Assembly: GCA_964565725.1 (NCBI GenBank)
Contig: CAZMGA010000002.1
Span: forward strand, 1 to 32,000
DNA from: an uncultured archaeon
Lineage (GTDB): Archaea > Iainarchaeota > Iainarchaeia > Iainarchaeales > 0-14-0-20-30-16
DNA length: 32,000 bases
Reading direction: 5' to 3'
Made by a program: the position numbers and the translations under genes
In this document: positions 1 to 7,855 of the stretch, in pieces
Layout of the letters: each line of letters begins with the position of its first letter
Numbering within the stretch: position 1 is the first letter of the stretch
Notes under the pieces: generated by a model
What the model was told of the DNA's origin: nothing
The model's input: only the letters and a program-made list of their open reading frames with translations
Database searches by the model: none

Positions 1-33
1 GTTAAGATTTTTATCTTAACTTTTCTTTTTTTT
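1..33 (+). terminator. Intrinsic-terminator-like hairpin plus T-rich tract (end of an upstream transcript outside the window)
   Basis: Perfect 8-bp inverted repeat GTTAAGAT-TTTT-ATCTTAAC (1-20) followed by TTTTCTTTTTTTT. Confidence 0.55.
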
Positions 34-51
34 AAATTTAAAAACAAAACG

Positions 52-65
52 TATTTAAATAAATA
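52..65 (+). promoter_or_regulatory. Putative archaeal TATA box of a near-leaderless promoter
   Basis: TATTTAAATAAATA centred about 22-26 nt upstream of the ATG at 81. Confidence 0.45.
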
Positions 66-80
66 GTTATTACTTTTATT

Positions 81-416
81 ATGTTTGATTTAATATTTAT
101 AGCTATAGGCCAATTTTTTTCAGATATGGGCTTTATTATAAGAATTTTTTTATTAGTTGCTATATTAGGTTTTTTAAATCAACACATAGAAAATAAAATA
201 TTAAAAACTATTGTAGCAATATTTATGGTTTTTATAACTGTTTTTGTAGATTGGAAATTTTACGGTACTTTATATTTTGTTTATGCAATTTTAGGTATGG
301 GTATTTCAAGTATGGTTGTAGATTATTTCTTTATGGGTAATATGGGTGAAGAACATGGTCAACAAGGACAAGAACAAGGTAATCCTTTAGGATTTATGCC
401 TGGTAGAAAGAGGTAG
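81..416 (+). CDS. Small membrane protein with Gly/Gln-rich C-terminal tail, unknown function
   Basis: Complete ORF, several hydrophobic segments, tail GNMGEEHGQQGQEQGNPLGFMPGRKR; first gene of a tight 5-gene run. Confidence 0.75.
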   Translation: MFDLIFIAIGQFFSDMGFIIRIFLLVAILGFLNQHIENKILKTIVAIFMVFITVFVDWKFYGTLYFVYAILGMGISSMVVDYFFMGNMGEEHGQQGQEQGNPLGFMPGRKR

Positions 417-420
417 TTAA

Positions 421-774
421 ATGAATAATAAAGGATTTCATATATTAGGTTTTATTGTTATTGGTTTTGTATTAGTGTTATTAGTACCTTTTGTTTTGAT
501 GCGATTAAACTCTATGAGTAAAGTTTTATTTCAGATTATTATGGTTTTTACAATAATTGGTTATGTTAAACAAATGGGTTTAGATGGAGCTTTAATGTGG
601 ATAATTTCTGGTGTATTGTGTTATTTTATAGTATATAAATATATAGACTTATTTGCTAGTTTATATATGTTAATGTTATTGATGGGATTTGGATTCACTT
701 CTGCAATAATGTGGGGTTCCAATACTGTTAAAAGAAAAGTTGATGGTTTTTTGTCTCGGAGGTCTGCTAAATGA
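421..774 (+). CDS. Small multi-pass membrane protein, unknown function
   Basis: Complete ORF, hydrophobic; 4 nt after the previous stop; overlaps the next gene by 4 nt. Confidence 0.75.
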   Translation: MNNKGFHILGFIVIGFVLVLLVPFVLMRLNSMSKVLFQIIMVFTIIGYVKQMGLDGALMWIISGVLCYFIVYKYIDLFASLYMLMLLMGFGFTSAIMWGSNTVKRKVDGFLSRRSAK

Positions 775-1007
775 TATTATTAGATGTGGTTTTGGGGACT
801 CTTTCAGGAGATATTTGGTTAGCGTTAGCTCTATATTTTGCAATTTTAGCTTTTGGTTGGGCTAAAGGTAAATTAGGAGATTTAAAAGCTGCAGTTATTT
901 TTGTATTAATTTTAGTGTTAATTATTTTGAATCATACTGATTTAATATGGGTAATTGTAGGAGTATATTTGTTTATTACTTATGGTAAACAGATATTTAA
1001 GGTGTAA
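771..1007 (+). CDS. Small membrane protein, unknown function
   Basis: Complete ORF with strongly hydrophobic segments; ATGA overlap with the preceding ORF. Confidence 0.7.
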   Translation: MILLDVVLGTLSGDIWLALALYFAILAFGWAKGKLGDLKAAVIFVLILVLIILNHTDLIWVIVGVYLFITYGKQIFKV

Positions 1008-1009
1008 AG

Positions 1010-1336
1010 ATGGATTTATTTACTTTCGCAATATCCTTAATGATTATGTTAATGGCTTTTCAATATAATTATATTTGGTTAGCTGTTTTAATTGGTGTAA
1101 TTATAATGTTTATGGGTAAACAAAAGAGTATATTTATAATAGTTTTGATTCTACTTATATTATTATTCTTTATAAATAAAACCCCTTATTCTAAATATGG
1201 AATTGTTTTGGTGGGTTTTGGGATAGGAATATATTTGTTTATGAATAGAAAGGAAAATGATGGTTCAGATACCTATAGTCCTGAAGATCAATATGGTGAT
1301 TTATTGAAAGGATTAGGTGGGTCTGGAGGAATGTAA
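1010..1336 (+). CDS. Small membrane protein with Gly-rich cytoplasmic-like tail, unknown function
   Basis: Complete ORF, hydrophobic core, tail SPEDQYGDLLKGLGGSGGM. Confidence 0.75.
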   Translation: MDLFTFAISLMIMLMAFQYNYIWLAVLIGVIIMFMGKQKSIFIIVLILLILLFFINKTPYSKYGIVLVGFGIGIYLFMNRKENDGSDTYSPEDQYGDLLKGLGGSGGM

Positions 1337-1681
1337 ATGAGATATATTTTTTTGATAGTAGGTTTGTTATTAGTTGTAGGTGCAATGGCAAGCCCTAATT
1401 TATTTTATTTAGGATTAGTATTTATGTTTTTATCATTCATATTTAGTACTCATAAAAATGATTCTATTACTAAAATTGAAGATAAAAGATCTTTGTCTGA
1501 AAGATTAGACAAATTTAATATTAATGTGCCTGATAAAAGTTTATCTAATTTAGTTGAAGATGCAATGGCTGTAACTGCAAAAATAACTAAAGGAGAAAAA
1601 CCAGATGTAAGTGCAAAAAATATAGTTAAAGGAACAGTAAAAACAATTGATGGTTTTACTAGTGTATTTAAAAATAATTAA
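1337..1681 (+). CDS. Small protein, N-terminal TM hairpin plus soluble C-terminal region, unknown function
   Basis: Starts directly after the previous stop (TAAATG); two hydrophobic helices followed by about 70 polar residues. Confidence 0.7.
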   Translation: MRYIFLIVGLLLVVGAMASPNLFYLGLVFMFLSFIFSTHKNDSITKIEDKRSLSERLDKFNINVPDKSLSNLVEDAMAVTAKITKGEKPDVSAKNIVKGTVKTIDGFTSVFKNN

Positions 1682-2919
1682 TTTTTTAATTTAATTATTT
1701 CTTTTGCTAATTTATCTGAATCATGTCTAATTATTATTTTATTATTAATTACATTTGTTTTTATGAATTTTTTGTTGTTATTAAATATAGGTTCAACAAA
1801 TATTTTATTTTCTTTTAAGTAGTTATTAATTATTTTTTTAGATGGTTTTTTATTATTAAAAATAACATAATCTAAATTAACATATTTATCAATCCATTCT
1901 AAATAATTTTCTGCTTTAAAACCATGTGTTTCAGGATAATTTGTAAAAACATTACATATGTAAACTTTTTTGGCTTTACTTTTATTAATTAAATCTGTAA
2001 ACCCTTCAACAAGTAAATTTGGAATTACACTTGTAAATAAATCCCCTGGCCCTAAAACTATGATATCTGCTTCTTCAACAGCTTTTTTAATATCTGGATT
2101 TAATTTTACTTTATTTGTTAAATATATATCTGTAATTCCTAATGCTTTTTGACCTATGTTAAATTCCCCCTTAATTTCTAAATTACCATGTAATTTTGCA
2201 ATTAATTCACATTTATCATAAGTTATTGGTAAAACTTTTCCCCTAATTCTTAATAAATCAGAAAATTGTTTTATTGCTTCTTTTAAACCTAAATCTTCTG
2301 TTAGTTTAGTTAAAATTAAATTTCCTATTGGATGTCCTTTTAATTTTGTCTTATCAAATCTTAATTTAAATATATTTGTTTGTTTTTCATTTAATGTTGA
2401 TAATGCAATAATGCTATTTCTTAAATCCCCAGGTGGAAGAATGCCAAACTCTGTTTTTAAAATTTGACTTGAGCCTCCTGAGTCCATAGTAGAGACTATT
2501 GCAGAAATATTTGAAGTGTAATTTTTTAAACCGTATAAACAAGTGTATTGTCCTGTTCCTCCACCAATAGTAATTATTTTTGGGCCTTTTGATAATTTAG
2601 ATTCAAAATAAGTTTTGTTAAATAAATCTTCATTAAAATGTTGAAAATATCTATATATTTTATATAATGAATAAAATGCAATAAATAAACCTAAAATTAT
2701 TAGAATACTTGCCAAAATAACATGAAAAGAGCTTCTTAAAGTAATAATATGATAAAACTTTTTTTGCAAAAATAAAAAGAATTTTAATAAATAAGGATAT
2801 AATCCTAGCAATATTGCTAAAAATATAATAATATTACCTAAAATGAAAATAAGAATCCAAGATTTTAAAGAATAAGTTAAAAATATGCTCTTTTTAATAG
2901 AGTCTTTAATTTTTTTCAT
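1678..2919 (-). CDS. YvcK/CofD-like (UPF0052, gluconeogenesis-factor) family protein with N-terminal transmembrane helices
   Basis: GPKIITIGGGTGQYTCLYGLK..., STMDSGGSS, PPGDLRNSI, GHPIGNL, VLGPGDLFTSVIPNL signatures of YvcK; two hydrophobic segments in the first ~90 aa. Confidence 0.85.
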   Translation of the reverse strand: MKKIKDSIKKSIFLTYSLKSWILIFILGNIIIFLAILLGLYPYLLKFFLFLQKKFYHIITLRSSFHVILASILIILGLFIAFYSLYKIYRYFQHFNEDLFNKTYFESKLSKGPKIITIGGGTGQYTCLYGLKNYTSNISAIVSTMDSGGSSQILKTEFGILPPGDLRNSIIALSTLNEKQTNIFKLRFDKTKLKGHPIGNLILTKLTEDLGLKEAIKQFSDLLRIRGKVLPITYDKCELIAKLHGNLEIKGEFNIGQKALGITDIYLTNKVKLNPDIKKAVEEADIIVLGPGDLFTSVIPNLLVEGFTDLINKSKAKKVYICNVFTNYPETHGFKAENYLEWIDKYVNLDYVIFNNKKPSKKIINNYLKENKIFVEPIFNNNKKFIKTNVINNKIIIRHDSDKLAKEIIKLKN

Positions 2920-2966
2920 ATATAATATACCTAATTAAATATAAATATTTTTGTTATTTTTATTAT

Positions 2967-4076
2967 ATGGTTACTAATTTTGATTTTGAATATGCTAATG
3001 CTTTAAAAAAATATGATGAGGCAAAAACAATAGAAGAAAAGATTAAAGCAATGGAATATATGATAAGTGCTGCGCCCAGTCATAAAGGAGCTGAAAATTT
3101 AAGAGCTGATTTAACAAAAAGGTTAACTAAACTAAAAGCTAAATTAGATTCTCAAAAAGTAGTAAGTGGTTCAAAATCATTAAAGTTTACAAAAGAAGGA
3201 TCTGCAACTTGTGTATTATTAGGTTTACCAAATTCAGGTAAAAGTACTTTTTTATCAAAAGTAACTAATGCAACCCCAAAAATAAGTAATTATAATTTCA
3301 CTACAAAAGTTCCTGAAATTGGTGTTATGAATTATAATGGTGCAAAAATACAAATTGTTGAATTGCCTGCAATAGTTGAAGATAGTTATAAAGGCAAAGC
3401 AAGAGGTAAAGAAATTTTAAGTTTGGCTCGAAATGGTGATTTAATAATATTAATATGTTTGGGTAATTTAGATTATGTAAAATACTCTTTATCTATATTA
3501 AAAAATGAATTAGTTAAAAGTGGAATTATTATTAATAAAACTAAACCAAATATAAGCCTTAAAAAAACAAGTAATCCTGGAGTAGAGTTGGTGGGTATTC
3601 AAAATATAATTGATGGTAAAGATAAATTATTAAATTTATTAGAACAAAACAATATTTCTCATATTATTTTAAGGATTGATGAAAAAACAAATTCTAAAGA
3701 TGTTTTCGAAGCTTTAGATATTACTAAAAATTATAAAAAAATTATTGGTATTTGGCTAGATGGTAAGGAAGATTTCAAATATGAAAATATAAATGTATTT
3801 GCTTTCAATGATAAAATTTATGATAAAATATATAGTTCTTTAGATTTAGTAATAATTTATACTCGAAAACCAGGAGAAAAAGACATAGATAATATTCCTG
3901 TAGCTTTAAAAAAAAATTCTACTATTGAAAACTTATGTTCTTTTTTACACAAAGATTTTTTGAGTAAATTTAAATTTGCAAAAGTATGGGGTTCTTCAAA
4001 GTATCCAGGTCAACAAGTACCTTTAAATTATATTTTGAAAGATAAAGATATTGTAGAATTGTATATAAAAAGTTAA
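2967..4076 (+). CDS. DRG/Obg-like GTPase with C-terminal TGS domain (divergent)
   Basis: P-loop GLPNSGKST, GIIINKTKPNISLKK (DRG-type insertion), C-terminal YTRKPGEKD...VALKKNSTIENLCSFLHKDF...AKVWGSSKYPGQQV...LKDKDIVEL = TGS. Confidence 0.85.
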   Translation: MVTNFDFEYANALKKYDEAKTIEEKIKAMEYMISAAPSHKGAENLRADLTKRLTKLKAKLDSQKVVSGSKSLKFTKEGSATCVLLGLPNSGKSTFLSKVTNATPKISNYNFTTKVPEIGVMNYNGAKIQIVELPAIVEDSYKGKARGKEILSLARNGDLIILICLGNLDYVKYSLSILKNELVKSGIIINKTKPNISLKKTSNPGVELVGIQNIIDGKDKLLNLLEQNNISHIILRIDEKTNSKDVFEALDITKNYKKIIGIWLDGKEDFKYENINVFAFNDKIYDKIYSSLDLVIIYTRKPGEKDIDNIPVALKKNSTIENLCSFLHKDFLSKFKFAKVWGSSKYPGQQVPLNYILKDKDIVELYIKS

Positions 4077-4081
4077 TAAAA

Positions 4082-4768
4082 TTAATTTTCAAATCTAATA
4101 TTATTTAATTCTAATTTTATTTTTTTATCATTTACTATATATAATCTATCTGCAAAATTATAAAACAAACCAGTTTCTAAAATTCCTGGAACATCTTTTA
4201 ATTTAAAATCTAAATCTTGATAGTCAAAATATTTTTTATTTAAATTCAAATCTAAAATATAATTTGATTCCAAAGTTCTAACTTTTTGATTATTTTTTTC
4301 TCTTATTTTTGTATCTCCAAAACAAAATAATTCATCTTGAATTTGTTTAGTTCCAAATCTTGAAACTTCTAAAGGAATTAAAGGGAAATTTTTATTATAA
4401 CTATTTATATCTACAAAAATGTAGCATTTTTCAGAATAACGTGCAATCATTTTATCCCTAATTAAACTATGAGCATGTGTTTTAATGTAGTTATAAGAAT
4501 TATCTGCATAATCTGCAAAATCAATACATAAATCTATATTATTGTTTACGGAACTTGTTTTAAGATTAAATTCATTAGCTAATTTTGCTATGTCTATTGA
4601 TGTAGGTACAATTTTAATATTTAAATCTTTTATAATATTATGCAATGCTAATTCTTTTAATAATAATAAAGATGGTTTAGATGTACCTAATGCTAAAACG
4701 CTATTTGGTTTTATTTGTTCTGCTATAAATTTTGCAATAAATTCTTTACTTAACATATTAACCCTCAA
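4082..4768 (-). CDS. Divergent ribose-5-phosphate isomerase A-like protein
   Basis: Colinear with RpiA: ALGTSKPS (cf. GLGTGST), IVPTS..IAKLANEF, IDLCIDFADYAD...YIKTHAHSLIRDKMIA, FPLIPLEVSRFG, NYILDL, DVPGILETGLFYNFADRLYI. Confidence 0.7.
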   Translation of the reverse strand: MRVNMLSKEFIAKFIAEQIKPNSVLALGTSKPSLLLLKELALHNIIKDLNIKIVPTSIDIAKLANEFNLKTSSVNNNIDLCIDFADYADNSYNYIKTHAHSLIRDKMIARYSEKCYIFVDINSYNKNFPLIPLEVSRFGTKQIQDELFCFGDTKIREKNNQKVRTLESNYILDLNLNKKYFDYQDLDFKLKDVPGILETGLFYNFADRLYIVNDKKIKLELNNIRFEN

Positions 4769-6056
4769 AATCGAATTTTATCTCATTTTCTTCTTTGTTT
4801 TTATTTTTGTATTTTTTAATTAAATTAATAACTATAACTACAATCAATGTTAAACCCAATCCTAAAGCGACGTACAAATATAATGGTTTTGATTTTTCTT
4901 CTTCTTCATTATAATTTGAATCTAAAATTACATTGTTATTATTAGTATTAGTAATAAATCCTTTTTCATTTATGCTTAATGCAATAGTGATTAATGGTAA
5001 TATTTGTGTTTTTGCTTTTGAATATTCTCTTGAATCTAAATAATTATACATTTTATTATAATCTTCTAAAAATTTAACTATTTCATCATAAGATTGAAAG
5101 TTATTTTTATTTTGAATAATATAATTAAATAATGTACTTGCATTATTATATTTTGTATTTTTAGAAATTAATTCGTCTTCTTTTAAAATTGCATCAATAA
5201 AAACTTTTCTTTTTACTCTATTATCGTAATTATTGTATAATAATTCTAAATTATTTAAATTATTAGAATATTCTTCGGAATTATTAATTTTCAATGTTGT
5301 TTCTCTTATGGTTGCTAATTGTTGAGGTATATTATCAAAATCAGCTGGTAAAATTAATCCTGAATTTCCAATGTTATATTTTAATTCTGTTGATGCATTT
5401 GAATCCATTAAACTAATTTTTAATATTAATATACTATCTTTTAATTTAGCAATGCCATTTATTATTTCTGAATCTAATTTTATGATTTCTTTATTTATTG
5501 AAATTATTTCTTGATAATTATCATAAGAATTTATTTTATAGTTGGCATCTAAATTTAATAAGTTTAAAGTTAATTCTTTTGTAGATTTTCCTAAATTTAT
5601 TGCATTAGTTTGAATGTTTGTGAAATTATTTATTAAAATTACATTAGAATCCTCTTTTGCTAATTCTCTTTTCATTAATTCTAAGTTATAATTAAAATTA
5701 TTTATTATTGATGGAAATGTATTGAAATAATAAGCGCTATTATTTAAATTAATTGAATCTATTTTTGAAAAAAATAAATATGTTTTTAAAATATTTTTAT
5801 AATCCTCTTTTTTAATTTCTGAATTAATATTTGTATCTTTTAAAATTAAAATATCTTTAGAATTAGTTTCTAAAACCCAAAAATCATTTTTATTATAGAT
5901 TATTTTTGAAGCACTAGAAATATTTTCTGTATTGTTTAATGTATCTATAAGATTTAATTCTTTTGTTTTGTTAATTATTTCATCATTAGTATAACAAAAA
6001 ATATTTGTAGAAAAAATAATTAGAAAAAAAATTAAAATTATTTTTTTATATTGCAT
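4758..6056 (-). CDS. Predicted secreted/surface protein with signal peptide and C-terminal TM anchor, unknown function
   Basis: N-terminal hydrophobic segment MQYKKIILIFFLIIFSTNIFCY, ~370 aa Asn-rich helical region with several N-x-S/T sequons, C-terminal helix LYLYVALGLGLTLIVVIVINLIKKYK and charged tail. Confidence 0.75.
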   Translation of the reverse strand: MQYKKIILIFFLIIFSTNIFCYTNDEIINKTKELNLIDTLNNTENISSASKIIYNKNDFWVLETNSKDILILKDTNINSEIKKEDYKNILKTYLFFSKIDSINLNNSAYYFNTFPSIINNFNYNLELMKRELAKEDSNVILINNFTNIQTNAINLGKSTKELTLNLLNLDANYKINSYDNYQEIISINKEIIKLDSEIINGIAKLKDSILILKISLMDSNASTELKYNIGNSGLILPADFDNIPQQLATIRETTLKINNSEEYSNNLNNLELLYNNYDNRVKRKVFIDAILKEDELISKNTKYNNASTLFNYIIQNKNNFQSYDEIVKFLEDYNKMYNYLDSREYSKAKTQILPLITIALSINEKGFITNTNNNNVILDSNYNEEEEKSKPLYLYVALGLGLTLIVVIVINLIKKYKNKNKEENEIKFDFEG

Positions 6057-6058
6057 AA

Positions 6059-6496
6059 TTATTCCTTTTTTAATAATTCTTTTACTTGTTTATAAGTTAC
6101 ATATTCCAAAGGATTAATTGAATCAATTAAATATTTCATTTCCATAAACTCTTTTCTTGTAATATAAATTTCTTTTTGATTATCTATTTTACTTGATAAC
6201 TCTTCAATATCTGCTTTTAAGGAATTTATTTTATTATATAATTCTTTTATTTGTGATTTTAAACTATCTAATTCTTCAACATTTATTGAATTTCCTGAAT
6301 TATTTCCTTGATTTGTATCAATTTTTAAATCTAATTTTTTTATTTTGTCATTTAAAACAATTATATTTTGACTTAATATTTTTTCATTTCTTATTAAATA
6401 ACCTATTTTTTGAGATAAAAGCATTATTGTTGTGTTTATTGCTTTTACACTTGAATTTACTTGTATTTCTTGTTCGGGACTATTTTGTATTGCCAT
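6059..6496 (-). CDS. Coiled-coil protein, unknown function
   Basis: Long heptad-like region (LDSLKSQIKELYNKINSLKADIEELSSKI); ends 2 nt before the surface-protein gene, same operon. Confidence 0.7.
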   Translation of the reverse strand: MAIQNSPEQEIQVNSSVKAINTTIMLLSQKIGYLIRNEKILSQNIIVLNDKIKKLDLKIDTNQGNNSGNSINVEELDSLKSQIKELYNKINSLKADIEELSSKIDNQKEIYITRKEFMEMKYLIDSINPLEYVTYKQVKELLKKE

Positions 6497-6626
6497 AATC
6501 TCACTTATAATATAAAATAAGATATATAATTCATAAAACTATATAAACTTTTTTATTATATAATATTTCTTAATTGAAGAACGATTTTGCAAATTAATTA
6601 AAAAGTTATCTAAATGATGTGTTTTT

Positions 6627-7646
6627 ATGTTAAAAATTCCTTTTGAAATACAAACAGATTTAGAAAAAAAACATTATAAAATTGTAGGTAAACATAGTGC
6701 TGTTCAAATATGTGAATGGACTAAAAAATCTTTAAGAGATGAAGGAGATTGTTATAAAAAACAATTTTATGGTGTTGAAACTTATTCTTGTTGTCAAATA
6801 TCTCCAAATGTAATGTGGTGTGATCAAAATTGTATATTTTGTTGGAGACCTGCTGAAAATATGCTAAAAAAAGATATTAAAGAAGAAGTTGAAGATCCAA
6901 AAGATTTGATTCCTGAATTTGTTAAAAAAAGATATTTATTATTAACTGGTTTTTTAGGTAGTGAAAAAGTAAATAAAGAAAAAGCAAAAATATTCAGGAA
7001 CGAATTTCCTAGTCATTGGGCAATTTCTCTAAGTGGAGAACCAACTTTATATTCCAAATTATCACAATTAGTAAAAGAATTAAAAAAACATAAAGAAGTA
7101 AAAAGTATTTTTATTGTAAGTAATGGTCAAAATCCTAAAGCTATAAAAAAATTAGAGAAAGAAAAATCTTTGCCAACCCAATTATATATTTCATTAGATG
7201 CTTGGGATGAAGATTCGTATAATAAAATTAATAAGGGGATAAGAAAAGATGCTTGGAAAAGATTATTAAAAACTTTAAAAATGTTAAATAAATTAAAAAC
7301 TCGAACAGTAATTAGATTAACAGTTATAAAAAGTTTAAATGATTCAAAAAAAGCAATAAAAGAATTTGCAAAAATAATTGATGAATCAAATCCTGATTTT
7401 TTGGAAATTAAAAGTTATATGCATTTAGGTTATAGTAGAGAAAGATTAAACAGAGAAAATATGCCTTCAAATGAAGATTTAAATGAGTTTTGTAAAGAAT
7501 TAGATAAATATTTAAAAAATTTAAAATTTGAAGATAAATGTTTACCTTCAAAAATTATTTTATATAAAAATACAGGTAAAAATAAAAAGAAGAAAATACC
7601 TAATAGATGGATTATTCCTAAAAATAAACAAAGGTTTAAAATATAA
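6627..7646 (+). CDS. taw1: tRNA 4-demethylwyosine synthase (TYW1/Taw1-like radical SAM)
   Basis: KKQFYGVETYSCCQISPNVMWCDQNCIFCWRPAE (CxxxCxxC in the TYW1 context), LTGFLGSEKVNKEKAKIF, ALSGEPTLYSKL, SNGQNPKAIKKL. Confidence 0.88.
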   Translation: MLKIPFEIQTDLEKKHYKIVGKHSAVQICEWTKKSLRDEGDCYKKQFYGVETYSCCQISPNVMWCDQNCIFCWRPAENMLKKDIKEEVEDPKDLIPEFVKKRYLLLTGFLGSEKVNKEKAKIFRNEFPSHWAISLSGEPTLYSKLSQLVKELKKHKEVKSIFIVSNGQNPKAIKKLEKEKSLPTQLYISLDAWDEDSYNKINKGIRKDAWKRLLKTLKMLNKLKTRTVIRLTVIKSLNDSKKAIKEFAKIIDESNPDFLEIKSYMHLGYSRERLNRENMPSNEDLNEFCKELDKYLKNLKFEDKCLPSKIILYKNTGKNKKKKIPNRWIIPKNKQRFKI

Positions 7647-7701
7647 TAAAAAATATAAAAAAAGTAAAGTAATATGTAATTAATACTATTTTTGCCTTAC
7701 A

Positions 7702-7710
7702 TTTATAAAC
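7702..7710 (+). promoter_or_regulatory. Putative TATA box of the r-protein supercluster promoter
   Basis: TTTATAAAC in the only sizeable non-coding gap upstream of rpl3; implies a ~125-nt leader. Confidence 0.45.
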
Positions 7711-7740
7711 CTTTCCTTATCTATATTATTAATAATCTAT

Positions 7741-7756
7741 TTGTGTTGGGACACAA
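7741..7756 (+). promoter_or_regulatory. Hairpin in the putative 5' leader of rpl3
   Basis: Perfect 6-bp stem TTGTGT-TGGG-ACACAA in the gap before rpl3. Confidence 0.4.
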
Positions 7757-7855
7757 TTAGGCATGTCGATTTTTTGCAATATGCATTAAAAAATTAAATT
7801 TAATAAAAAAATATTAATTAAATAATGAAATATATAGTATACAAAGGTGTAAAAG

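Noticed and set aside
1970-2152. Antisense + strand ORF inside the YvcK-like gene
   Set aside because: Opposite-strand shadow ORF of a strongly supported coding region; no family features.
3528-3560. NKTKPN in the DRG-like protein as a G4 (NKxD) motif
   Set aside because: It aligns with the DRG-specific LNKxPPN segment, not the guanine-specificity motif, and lacks the Asp.
4542-4823. + strand ORF overlapping the RpiA-like and surface-protein genes
   Set aside because: Shadow ORF with a Phe/Ile-rich translation antisense to better supported genes.
6193-6498. + strand Leu-rich ORF antisense to the coiled-coil gene
   Set aside because: Leu/Phe-rich antisense shadow of a Lys/Glu/Asn-rich coiled coil.
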